A stretch of DNA of 64,000 bases from Takakia lepidozioides (Eukaryota; Plantae; Bryophyta): NCBI GenBank assembly GCA_030704615.1, contig CM060732.1:55552001-55616000 (forward strand). Reading direction: 5' to 3'. Positions 1 to 12,900 of the stretch are shown piece by piece. How positions within the stretch are numbered: position 1 is the first letter of the stretch; every line of letters starts with the position of its first letter. The notes beneath the pieces are model-generated. The model saw only the letters and a list, made by a program, of their open reading frames with translations. It searched no databases and was not told where the DNA came from. Made by a program: the position numbers and the translations under genes.

Positions 1-394
1 TACCTGATTCATCTGTTTTTTCAGGAATTGGATCCCAACGTAATGGCCAATTCTTATCAAGAAACTAAAAAAAGAATAGAGATCCTGAAGACAACCAAAT
101 TGCTTTTGCAGACTACCCATGTGACCACAGGTGTCCGCGATGTTTGTCTGATAAGATCCGGTTCCTGTATTGGAACAACAAATCGAAGGGTCAACCTCGC
201 TGCGTATGTAAAAGTGGAGTTTGCCTCAATTTCACCTTCACGTTGGGTGGAACGCTGCGGAAGAAACGCAGGGGGCATGCAGGATGATGGAGGCATACAA
301 GTTGCAATACCCAAAGTTCACTGCGCTGTAACTACCCATCCTGTCACTTCCATGCCGACACACGCTTCTTCTTCCAAGCTAAACTTCATGTACG

Positions 395-788
395 GAAATG
401 AAATGAAATGAAATGGTGCTTTATAACGTCCGCGGAAAGCTCATAGAGCTTATGGGACAAAATGGAAGAAAACATGAGAGAGGAACAAATCCAGAAACCA
501 CAATTAATGTTCTAGCGATTGTCTAAGGGTGAAGGCCTCGTGTAGGTAGGCTGCCAAGCATTTTTGATCCTCATAGTGGAAGACATCAGTGAGAGTTTGG
601 GTTCCACTGAATAAACAGTGGAATCTCCAACGGATCTCGTAGTATAGAGGGCAGTAGAAGAAGAAGTGTTCTTCAGTTTCAATTTCCTTGCTGCGCCCTA
701 TGCAAGCTGGACGTAGGCGGTCCTCCCGTTGCAGGTTTTCCCATCTGCCAGTCTCTATCCGTAGGTTGTGGGAACCCACCCTGAACCG
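395..788 (-). mobile_element. 5'-truncated RTEX-like LINE (family A), 3' end
   Basis: ORF 504-800 encodes the C-terminal IETGRW..REDRL..C..EEHFFFYCP motif. It is followed by the 3' UTR and a (CATTT)n tail. Near-identical to the copy at 36040-36425 and homologous to 46377-46780. Confidence 0.9.
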
Positions 789-3699
789 GAGAAACTGCAC
801 TATCCGTCTACGAGAAGCTCAATCTCATTTGGACCACGGATTATATAACCAAGTTCTGTACAGATCCATCTTGAGGATAGGGTTGTTGCTTCATTTGCTC
901 AGGATTATAAGCGACGTACACTGATCTTTTGAGGACAAGTTTTAGAATCAATTCACGAAAATAATTTTAAGGCTTACAAGTATTTTTGTCAGGCTACATG
1001 TATATGCAGCAAATCCAAAATGGGACCGAAACCCCTCGTACTTTGTACACGAAGTTTGAAATTCAATGGCATGATCCGTTTGATTGATCATTCCTTTGTA
1101 TCGACAGGATCTCCGTACTGACTCTTATTGTTATTTTTTCAGTATTGGCTTGTCATAATTACTTCTTAGAGCTTGGAGGATTCTCCCCCTCTCTAATTCT
1201 TAATTTCCTCTCCGTATAATTTATCTTAAATCTTGGTTTCTTGAGTTGTTTACATGTTAATGCAGGGCAGGGGTTGCAACAAAGAGTTCATATCCTTGAG
1301 CCCACTAGAACAGCTAGGCTGGAGGGACTGCATGAATGATCACATATATCCTCTGCATAGCTCTGCGTATAACTTGAAGTCAGGTGCAAGATATTTCAAA
1401 GATATTTCCTCGACGTTCAGTCAACATGTAATGCAAGGTTATCAGCACAGTTTAATCTTCGAATTCTGGCCTGCTCTATGGAAAATTGTCTACATATGTG
1501 ATTGTCACAATAATCACCATATCAGCCTCATCGTCTAGAGGTCGTGGGTGCGCACACTGTTTGTGTCGCGGCTACAAGCTCCTATGCAATCTTTTGCAGA
1601 AGGTCTGTTAGTCTGTACATGATTTTACTACGACACTCTTATGAGGCAAACCCATGACAGACGATCTGGATCAACCACGTTCTATCAATCTCAGCCATTC
1701 GTTTTCTTGGCTGAATGTCTGCTTTTTTGCCATCTTTTTATGAGAAAGCTATTTAGTTCATAAATACTTTCCACAGTAAAGGAAAAGCAATAGAGTCAAC
1801 TCAAGATTAACATTCAAGGTCACCAACAAGCCGAATACCACTGCAATTGCTATCCATAATATCTTTGATGCTTCCATTTCGAGCTGATCTCTGAATTGTA
1901 GTGAATGCTGAAGATCCAAGGGATCGCTGCTGAACGAACTCAATCGATCCCACATGTCAGCCTAGGCAGAACTAGTTGAAGAAATGAAGCTAGAACTAAG
2001 TTAGAGCTCAGCTCTCAAGCCACCAACTGCTTTCATGAGGATAAAAGTTCCATAGAAAAAAGATCATGAAGTTCTACATCGGATAGCGAATAAAATAAAG
2101 TAGCAGGGAAGATCTGAGGAATCCCCCACTCCAGAGCTAGGAGGAGCCGGTATAGATCCAGATAATATCTAGAACAAGTTCCCTTTCATACAACTGCGAG
2201 GTCGAGCACCCATTTCAGCAACAGAGGTAAGTCGAGAAGTGAATTTGATAGGAGATTGACACAAAGTGGAGGTTAAATATATTTTAAAACAATTTTAGAG
2301 AAACGATCAATTGATCTGAACTTCTTTCTGGAGACTGAGATTTTTACAATAATTTTCTATGTATTAGTATACAGGCTTACAGTCCCAGTACTTGACCTGT
2401 TGTACTACACTAACAAGCATACTTATTCCATCACTTCGATTCGCAGCGCTGCTCACAATCTGTAACCGTCGATCTACGACCACTTCACCACTTCTTGCTT
2501 TGGTTTTTCATTGATGAGAAAAGTTATTGCAGGAATCCAATGCTGGGCCTCAACACCATCGGAGATTCCAACAATCTCAGGGCATCAGGAAATTCTATTG
2601 TGGAGCTCTACGCCAGGCGAATGCCTCGAGGCAATGGCAGGGTCATCACTCGCTCCTAAGATTCCCCGAATTCGACCATCAAGCTAGTAGTCCGCTAGGA
2701 TTAGTTTAGATCATGGATAAACACTGGTAGCTGCTGTTTTTGCTTGTTATGCCTGATTCACTGTGGGGTGCAGGATCGAGTTGTGGCTTGTTGGGCTTGG
2801 CTCCTTCATCAATCTGTGGACCTGCTTCCGATGCTTGCCTGGCTGACCTTCATGTTGGGACCACCCATCCACCCATCAAACCCCTCTTTCCCTTCTCTAA
2901 GTATATACGCTCTTCCCCGCCTTCCCCACTAGGGGGACTTTTTTTTAAATGAAACTACATATTACCAGGCGGCAATTCCAATATTCAAGATGAGAGGATT
3001 TCAACACATATCAATATGTACTGTATAGCATATGTAGAGAGTATCCAACATAGAGTAAGTTGGCCTATGACCATAGGACGTTTTCATCCATTCAAAATTC
3101 ATTCAATGGGCAAAGCTGGAAAGATAGGCTTTAAGATGAATTTGGGAAAAACTTACATTTGAACAATTTTCTTAATGTTACATTAATTTAAAGAAGACTG
3201 AGATTTGTGAGGGTGGAAAACAGGTGTTGATCATGAGGTCCACAGTCCACAGTGCTTCCAATCATCCATAACCCTTGCCTTACTAATTTTATGTGATGTT
3301 CAGACTTAGATACTGATTAGATACTGATACTGTACATTACTGTACTGTATACTGATACTGACTAGATACTAGATAGATTAGATACTGAACAGTTCAGTAT
3401 CTAACTATGGCTTTGATGTGTGATAGGCCATATGTCCATATGTGTCAAAGGTCTAACCACGGCACATGTAGAAATAGGATTTTACTAGAGCAATATTTAA
3501 TGAATTTACAAAGTTCAACACAGTATTTTTAATATAAACACTAGGGTAGCCTATGCCGTTGGCCCAAGTGTCCACTGTTATCTAAGTACAAGTGTAATTC
3601 CCTTATCATAGGCTACTTTTTGATACTATGTGGAGGCCCATCTAAGCCCAAGTGCGAGGCTGTGTCTACAGGAATTGAAAAAAACACTTGATTTTGTAC

Positions 3700-3838
3700 C
3701 TCGCTTCACATAATGAGACCCAGCCCATGCACCCTTCTTTGTCAAGGGCTTTCCAGCCGTACCAAGCACCAAGGCTGGGCCCGCTGTTTGGGAGATCTCA
3801 ACACTACAAAACAAAACAAAACAAAACAAACAAACAAC
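3700..3838. repeat. Dispersed repeat fragment with (CAAAA)n end; homologous to 23345-23470 in the opposite orientation
   Basis: The reverse complement 'ttgttttgt..gagatctcccaaac..cccagccttggtgcttggt..ggaaagccct..gggtgcatgggctgggtctca' aligns by eye to 23345-23470. Confidence 0.7.
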
Positions 3839-4232
3839 CTACCTTGCTTCATATATTGATGCTTGATTCTAAAAGAGTACCTACAAATCAGGCAAGATGG
3901 AAGACACCTATAACCGTTCAAAGGATTGGCAAATATTGCCTATGTGGCCATAGATACATATATATATATCCATCTACATCGCATGGGGCATACTAGCTAC
4001 AGTGTGTGCGGTCATGGGTCTATGTCCATTGATACGCCACCCTACGATAGTGGTTAGGTCACATGGCTATGTTACAACTGATAGCGAGCACAAGCACCCA
4101 TTATGACCAATGATAATAGGTGAGTATGTCACCTAATGAGTGGACATTGTGTTCCTCTGCTTGCGGTAGGGGCGCCCCTTACCTTAGAAGGAGTCCACTT
4201 TCCGAACAGAGGCTAGTAATCTTTGGAGGTGA

Positions 4233-4412
4233 CAACTAGCATGTAGCCCAGTGGTAACGGGCACATACCACGTTGGATGTGGTTGTGGGTTCAAACCACC
4301 GTCTGGTGTGGCATGAAGGTGTCCAACTTTCAGCTGGAAGGCAGTAGCCCTTGTGGTGAAGAGACACCATAATTTACGCTCTTTTCCGGAGGCGTCTATA
4401 TATATATATATA
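4233..4412 (+). mobile_element. tRNA-derived SINE with (TA)n tail
   Basis: A-box-like TAGCCCAGTGG (4244), B-box-like GGGTTCAAACC (~4287), (TA)n tail, and a 10-bp TSD TTGGAGGTGA at 4223-4232 and 4413-4422. Confidence 0.8.
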
Positions 4413-5526
4413 TTGGAGGTGAAGTGAGACCCTAAATTGCGTTTGCTCTGGCAAGAGTCTTCTTTCTCTCCTCTATTAGTATTGCATGAGGGCAATATGA
4501 GCAGGAAAAAGCACCAGCACAAACGCAATCTAGTACTTGTTTATATGGGTCATATGTTTGCAAGCACACATACACATCATAGGCAGAGATAAGTGTGCTA
4601 ATGGGGTTAGTTATATGGCCATATGTGCGGTCATAAATACCGCATTCTATTGTAGTCATGGATCGAGAGAAGACAAGAGGTAAATTTCCGGAGCAAAGAG
4701 GGAGAGAAGACGAGGAGAAAACTAAGAAGGAAAGAGGAAGAAAAACATAAGAGACTAAAAGTCTAAATGTGCCTTGACACGATCAACTCCTTGCGGTGAC
4801 ACCTGTTTATATCCCGATCTTCACCGTCTACTACAAGACTCCCTATCCTGGGGGAGGTGACTCTTCTAGGAGACCCGAATTTAATCTAACCTATATGATG
4901 TGGACTTCTGGTAACTTCTCAAAGATGAGATTAGAAGACATTCTAGGGAGGTTGAATAACACTAAAAATCTCCACATAGCTCTATGAATTAGATCTTATC
5001 ATATAATATAATCTAGATTATTGATCTAATATAACCAAAGCTCGACTCTCTAGAAAAAACATACCTACAAAGAACATACCTATAGTCTTTCATGTTATGT
5101 GAGTTTATTTTTGTAGGAGTGTGACGCGTTGAGCTCGGATCTTGCTTGTAGCAGTTGCGATGCAGGGCTGCTACGATGCTGGGCGCTGACTAGTCTAGTA
5201 GGTAGTCAATTATGCAGCTTTTTAGATCCCTTGAGCCTCCTTCCATGTGGTCAAACTCAACCAAAAGATGATGTCAAAAGATCCTAGTGGGGCCCTTCCC
5301 CAGACCCTATCTGGGTCCCAAGTCCCAACCTCTAACCTCCTCATAAAAAGAGTGTGAAGTTCGGTTGGGTCTGATTTTTTACTTTCACCCCCTAGTGCAA
5401 GTTGGTTTTTGGGATGACCCTGTTGAGTAACTAAGTCTCCTTCCTAACGCCAATTTTTCTCCGTCCTCCCTTCTTCATTAAGGCAACTGGTGGGAGATGG
5501 GAAGATGGGATGGTTACATGGAACCC

Positions 5527-5760
5527 ACTCAACTGCGGGGCCTCACTCAAACCCATTCCAAAGATGACATCATTGGAGAGGGTGAAGTGACAAGGAAGGA
5601 GGCTCTTTCCTTGGCTTAAGGCAAACGGTTGCTCTTGGGAAATGGGGTGGTTACAAAGATGGCCCCCCAACTCGACTACAGGGCCTCACTCATACCTATT
5701 CCAAAGATGACATCATTGGAGGGGGTGAGGTCGACAAGGGCGGAGGCTCTTTACTTGGCA
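5527..5760. repeat. Degenerate direct duplication (~90 bp, period ~144 bp), probably within a decayed retroelement
   Basis: 'gggcctcactca.acc.attccaaagatgacatcattggag.gggtga.gt.gacaagg..ggaggctcttt.cttggc' occurs twice. Confidence 0.6.
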
Positions 5761-6908
5761 GTATGGTGACCTTTTTCTCGGGCATATATGGGCCATTTTT
5801 GAGGGGCATCAGTAGTCAGAATCCACTACCTCCCCACACATGCCGCAATGGGCCAGGCAGTTGACATTCTCCCTTGTTTGCCTGCCCACCTTGAAAAAGC
5901 ATCTTGCCTTTGCCAGGCTCGCCACAATACTGAACACCTATGGGCATGTTCCATATTATGGAATGGGCCAGCAGATGACATTCTCCCATAAAGCTGCCTG
6001 CTGAGAAAGGTAGAGGAAAAAGCTTGGATCAGCAAAGTTGAGGATCTAGATGATCTGGCGAATTTGGGAGGACAAAGACCCAGCAGAAATTGAACATGAA
6101 GGGTTACATCTGAAGGATTTACTGAAGGCCATCCCCTTTGTCAGGATGCTCTGAATGGTCTGAAGATGTTCAATATGGCAGCTCTGAAATTACAGTGGCA
6201 TCAGGTGCTATGACTATTGGTTTGTCTAAATTATGCAAGAGGCTGGCTCGTCATGAATTAACTGAGGAGTTCCAAGCGAAACAATCCCAAATCAAACAAG
6301 GATCCTCCGGAGCCAATTTCAAGCCTTGTTCTGTGTGGACACATGGGACGTCAACTCCAGGCCTCATTTTGCAGGACTATTTTGCGGGATGGGCTTCCGT
6401 CTCTCGACTTGATATATCCAGAATCTCATGAGTTCGACAGTCACTCGTGTGCAGAGGACCAGGTGGCACTCATGCTAATGATATCTTTTCTCCTCTCTCC
6501 ACTTTCCCTCTGCTGTCATATTTGGGTGTGGTGAGGAATAAACTCTATAAACAAAAACCTTGATAGAATCTTGGCGCTGAGGAGTGTCTTTGGCTTCCCA
6601 TCTGTAGAGAGCCCTTCTATTTCCATTTTTCCTTCTCCCCTCATATGAGTTGAGAAGAAGTCAATTTTGTTGATCTCTTTCTCAGCTGGGTACAGCTGCA
6701 GTAGTTAGTGCTTTTCCAAACTAGGTTGCCAACTCCATCATGGTTTGCAAGCACGGGATATCGACCTTGTTCCAGTTCCCAAAAGCGTGATAATTACACT
6801 AGTAATAAAGAAACAAAGGATCCCCTATCCATGGAATGTCACATACCAGTCATTATCATGAGATAATGCGTTTAATTAAACATGGAGATGAAGGGCCCGC
6901 ACAGGATC

Positions 6909-9900
6909 CTACTTTCGAATGCGCAACTTGGAAGATGAAGACCACTCAAAGTGGTCACATCGTGCCTCTGGATTCGCCGATGGGCCCTGAACAAAGGAAA
7001 CAAGAATCAGTTTCTTCAAATTCAGAGGTTGCACTGTGCCACTATTGACAGAGATGGCTACAAGCCATAATCATTGGAGAATACTAACCCTCCCAGAGCT
7101 GATCATGAAGTTTTCTGCCACTATGTTAGGCCTATACGAAAATTGACGTAGCTGTCTCTGGAGAGATTGTCATGCTGACATCAACATTACTCTAGAAAGT
7201 ATAAAGTTTTTTCTTGCACTGCTACCCCACCTACAGACTCACCTGGGCTCGAGCACAAACATAGAAGCCCCGTCCTATGTTGGGACCCACCTTCTTCACC
7301 AGGCGTCCAACACACGGCTCCCCATGGCCATGACAAACAGGAACATTGCGGGCCATCATATTTTGGATTCTCTGCCACTCAGCCGTGGCTGTTGGTTTTC
7401 GGCTAGTTTCAAACACACGGTTCCCTGTAATCATGTCATTGACCTCACTTGCCCCTAGATCATCTCTTAACATTTCATTGCTCGTGACCTCCTGGACCCT
7501 TTCCCTTCCATCACCATTTTGTTGAGACACTATGCCACTTACAAAGTTTGGGGAACCATCTGACTTCATGCTCTTGCTGCGATTAGCACCTTGTGAAGCT
7601 TCCACATGGTTCTCTGCTTCAATCACAGGCCTTGAAGCAAACTTGCTGCGACACTCATTTAGCAAAACTTCATTCAGAGAACCGATTGGGTCATGTGACC
7701 GGACATCTTCGGCTTTGAATTTACGCTCTTGTTGCTTTGCAGGAATTGGCACAAAAAATGACCGAAGATTTCGTTGTGTAGGCTTTTGAGCTTCTGGTTT
7801 CTTGTTCATCTTACGGCCTCCCTTTTTCCCTGTGGATAAAGTGCTTGCCTGCACCTGCACACTAACATTCCTTGCTTGCTGCCTTTTCTGTGTCTCAAAC
7901 CCCAAAGCAGCCGATTGCATGACGATCTCTTCTTTGGAAAGATACTCTTCCCTTCGTCTGCATAATTGAATGGAAATGTCTTCTGTGCAAGCACTCTGTT
8001 GCAGCAATGTCAAATGGTTGTTCTCCATGCGTTCTTCTGGTTCATCTATCTGATTCTGGGCTGTCCCAATCTCACTATCAATTTCAACTTTTGCACATGT
8101 GTCAACTTCCCCAGACCAAACTCGACTGCTGACTCCCACGAACATTGAGGCAGAGGTGTCAGTGGTACTTGCAGACAAATTCAGTCTGGCTTCCTTCGGC
8201 GTTGAGCTAAAATCCCATCCATCCATTTGACTTGTACAGGATCTTTTTTGAAGTAATGAGACTGCAGAAGACAAATTTCAGTAGCTCATTAGAAATACTG
8301 AATAGGTGTATAACCCGTGGAATCACATAGGACAACAGACTTAAGGTCTGGCTTCCTTTGGCGCTGAGCTAAATTCCCATCCATCCAGTTGACCTCTATA
8401 GGGTCTTTTTTGAAAGTAATGAGGCTGCAGAAGACAAATTTCAGCATTCCAGGGCTCCACAATAGGCAATGTATCACATGATGTGTATGTGTGTATGTGG
8501 GGGAGAGAGACAACACACCAATACTCTGTTGGCGTCCTCGAAGCTCTGGCATGAATCTGGCTGCAAGAGGAGGCACTTCATGGGGTTCAAGAGGGGCTTG
8601 CTTCTGTAACTGCACGTAGACAGGTGCATGATCTGAGCCCTCCAGTTTCCTGTTTCTTCCACCTCTCCATCTATCACCAGCCATGCAGCGTGCATTGCGA
8701 GTGAGAGGGACAGATGGAAAGAGAGAGTAATTACAACCCTACATTTGAGCAAAGGTTTGCAACATTCATAAACAAAATTACAAGGGTCCCTTAGCAGCAT
8801 TAACTGAGCACACGTGGCAGCGTATTCAGGAAGCAATTGGATAAAACATCAGGAAAACTTGGCCAACCTGCCCACAACTAATAACACCATCACCTGAGAC
8901 TTGTTGGGGCTCTCATAAATTAGATATCTTGTTTATAACACCATGTGCCTACGGGTCCATCATCCAAGAAGTGGCTGTTATTTGTAGAATCAAGGTGCCA
9001 AGCCGTTTTAGTCCTATGTCTATGTAGTATCAAGTTTTACCTGTAGCTTTTGAGTCTGTCAGTTTGAACTCTGACCATGATTTGTCCTATGTTCTTATCG
9101 TTCCAAAAGAATTGCTCTTCCTTATCTACACTGGGATAAGTCAGATTATCTGAACAGAGAACACATCACATTGAAGCAACCAAGAATCCGAACCAAACTG
9201 ATGGCAGTCCAATTTTTGTCCTCTGAGGCCACCAGTGAACAGTAGACTACTTGATTTTTGTTAGAGTGCAATCCTGATTCAGTGGAGTTGGAGTCATAAT
9301 CTTCGATAGTTTAACTGTCTTACATAACCCATGTGAGAGCCAAAACTAGACAAAAAAGTTGAGTTCTGTAAACTTCTTGTCGTTAAGCTAATGTTCGTCT
9401 CGTGTAACAAGAGAGCTTAGCAAGCTATACACAAAGAATGGGAATTGAGAGAGACTCACCGAGGAAGAGAATCAGGCTTGAAACGCTTGAATTCATCAAG
9501 GATATTGCAGTCTTCAACCTCACATTCTCCAAAGCTGTGGCCTGCCACCCCCAGGGTCTCGTGAAGGCAAGGGCCAGCTGCTAGAATAAGATCAATGCGC
9601 GTGCCATAATTAAATTCCTCTGCCCCGGATGCCTGTGACCAACATGTGTAGACCTCCTTTCTGCATCCAACGGATTCAAGTGGCATTTGCTTTATTGCAA
9701 CACAGATGCATCTGATTGCAAAGACTTCTCTGGTCAAACTGAACTTAAGTGACGTTCATGAATTGCTTGCAACACCAACAAGGGACCATTATTGACTGTT
9801 CTACCTGCTTGGATGGATCATACGGAATACATCTAAGAAGGGGCCACCACCACTCCTCAGCATGGACCGCAACCACTTGCGAGGCCTGCAGCGACATTGC

Positions 9901-12900
9901 AACTCTTAAAATTTGAATGCACAATGCAGGAGGTGTGATAGAAGAAGACTGAAACTGGCGAATAAGTTGCATAATTATTCACCTCAGTGTAGGTGTCGCC
10001 AACACACAGACAATGCGACAACCTCTCTCTGTCTTACAGCAGTTGTACAAGCTGGAAAATGGTCCGCAAGTACACGCTTTAATGAATAACAAGGGTGCAG
10101 TGGTGACTTCTATGGTTGAGATTGTGAAAACCTTTGAAACACGCTACAGCCTTCTTGGCCATGAATCTAACTCTAACAGTGAGGGCTTTTCTAAAGAATG
10201 GAAGGATACAGTACAAAGAACTGTCCCTGACAGCCTTGATGAACTGGAGTATATCACAAAGGGGTACAACTCGCCCATTGGTTCTTCTGATATTGCTGAA
10301 GCAATAAAACTAAAGGGCTTCAAAGTGGGTGGTTGTGATGGGTTCGTCACCGAGCTAATCAAGCATGGTGGCAGTCCAATGGTAGAGGCCTTGCCCTCCT
10401 CTTTAACCTTATTTGGAAGACTGGAATGATACCCTTTTGCTGGGGAGAGGGTGTCTTTATCAATCTGTATAAGAAAGGTGACAGAGAAGAGTCCGGGAAC
10501 AACCATGGAATTACACTTCTTAGCGCAGTCGGCAAGCTGTTTTGTAGGATACCCATCTAGAGGTTGATTTGGAGTCTCGAAGTGTTTCCCATGAAGGTCA
10601 GGTTGGCTTACAGAGAAGTAGGGCTGCATCAACCATATCTTTACCCCAGACTACTCAGGGAAGGAAAAAAGAAGGAAAACCCACCTCTTTTCTTCCTGGA
10701 TGCCAAACTGCTATGACACAGTAATGGGCTATGGCTTTGTCTCTGGTCTTCTGGGGGTAGGGGAAAGATGTGGAGGATGGTTCACAACTTGTATGCGAGC
10801 ACTAAAAGTTGTTTTGTGGTCAGTGGCCACAAGTCTAATTTCTTTGACATTGACCAAGGTATCGCTCAAGGTTGTACCCTGTACCCACAATCATTGAAGG
10901 CCATCACCACACATTTACTGACATTGGCTTGTAGCCTCAGGTCAAAGTGCCTCTTCGCCCAATCAATCAACTCTTGAAGATTGGATGGGGTTTCCCCTAG
11001 GCCAGCGACAGCATCCACAAACATAAGAGCTGGTATGGTGGCATCACCCACCTTTAACCTAAATCCATCATTGTCCAAATCTTCAAGGAGTTCATTATGA
11101 ATGCTTTGCAACGTTATTAAGCCTACCTTGGAGTACGTATCTGCCGTGTGCAGGGAAAATCTAAACATGCTTAAACTTCAGAATCCATTCAACTTTTGGT
11201 GCTCAAAGAGAGCATATCAGCGTGCTCTACGACACTAACGTGGCTGTTCGGGGCAAGACCACCCTTGAGCTCTTGACATGATAAGTTCAAAGTCAGATGG
11301 TGGGGTCTGTTGTATCACATGCCTTATTTTGGTATCCCTTGTCACAATGCCAGCACTCTGAAACACCATCACTGGACCTTATTCTCCTCCATATTATTGC
11401 TTTCTCTCGAATCGGAGGTCAGGGTCCAGTAGGCTGCAAGTTGGGTGAGAGAATACCCGATTGGGTCAGGTCGATCTGTGACAAGCTAGAGCAGGAGCAT
11501 GACAGAGGAGTGCATTCGGGGCGATGAATCTTCGCTGATGCCGCAGCTTCTCTCACAGCCATTGGTGTTTAAGCAAGGGTCACAGGGAAACGAGCAAACA
11601 CACCAAGACCTATATCGGATACCCTAAGATGATCAACTCTATTTCCTGGAAGCGAGAGCAAGCCAAGATAAACAGGCCAAGTCCTGCCGGAAAAGGGTAG
11701 AGGAGATTTTCAAGGACCTTATTATTAGGGAGGAGGAACTGACCCTGCTAGATGATGCTGACTCTGAGGCTGACGTGTCTAAGGCCACGAAGAACGTCTG
11801 AACAGAACAAAGTTAGGCATAAAACTTCGCCGATCTTGTTTCTAGTTTGAGACATGGGTGAGGACCTTAAGGATGATGTTAAGGGCCTACCTACCCTCGG
11901 TATTAGACTGAAATTTAAACTCAAGACAGGGAGTCTACCTTGAAAAATAAACAGATGCAGAGAGGAAATGGAGATTGTCAATGCCTGATATGGGTGCGGT
12001 GTGAAGACAACATCCATTTTCTGATCCAATGTCCGGGGTATCCTCATCAGAGAGCGACCCTCCTCAGGACCATCAAGAAGATAGTCCCTGCACCTCTGTT
12101 CACCAACTTTCAAAATCGCGAGCCTTAGCCTCAAGGCGTGGCCCAGTTGGCTCTAATTGCTGGGCAGCTCACACACATGCTTGAGCATGTGTGTAAAGGG
12201 ATTTTTAGAGGAAATCTGGAAAGCCCAAAATCAATTGTTTACACCAAGGTAAGTCTCAGTACTGGAGTCACCTCCTCACAAAGGACAGAGCTGCTGCAGT
12301 GGCATGTACCTACACCTGGCCAGTGAATTGGATATCCTATACCTGTAGCTAGCAACTCTATTCTATATTTAAAAAGTCAGGTAGGTCCACCAGTTGGAGC
12401 CGACTTACAGTAATGGCGGCTCCCATTCTACTTCCCTCTAACCCATCCCCCCACAAGTAGATTTTCTGCTCAGTCAAACTGGGTGTGAGTTCATAGTCAC
12501 AAGGCTACTGTCAGTAAAGCCTGCAGATCGTATCATCTCCTGTTGGTATAAAAATAGTTCAAAGTTGACAATTCTGACTACAAAAACATTGTTACATGCA
12601 ATGGAGATTCGATACTTGTCCATTGGGGAAGAAGGGGAGAGCCTACAAACTCGACTCAAAATCGGGGCCAGGGTCACATGAGTCCACAGCAAAGGGTGAA
12701 ATGTTGAAATCACCCACAGCAATTACTCTCCTCCCTTGCGTTATCAGCCCTTCCCACCTGCGCTGCATCATCAATTCACGAAACATGCCAGCTTATAAGT
12801 TTATAATGCTACATTCTACTGGTATTGAAGATCCATTTTCATTGTGCGCACCGCCTCCTGAAACCATATCTATCACTTGAAAAGCAAGCACCCAGAGGAA

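Noticed and set aside
800-2300. Possible pseudogene fragments on the minus strand, also at 21100-22100 and 25600-26050
   Set aside because: Coding-like composition and some splice-like sites, but every frame I tried is interrupted and no family motif could be recognised.
3300-3410. GATACT/TACTG low-complexity tract
   Set aside because: Degenerate simple repeat with no further structure.
4238-4310. Functional tRNA genes here and at 26261 and 61697
   Set aside because: A and B boxes are present, but there is no convincing cloverleaf. Tails, a TSD or shared non-tRNA bodies indicate SINEs.
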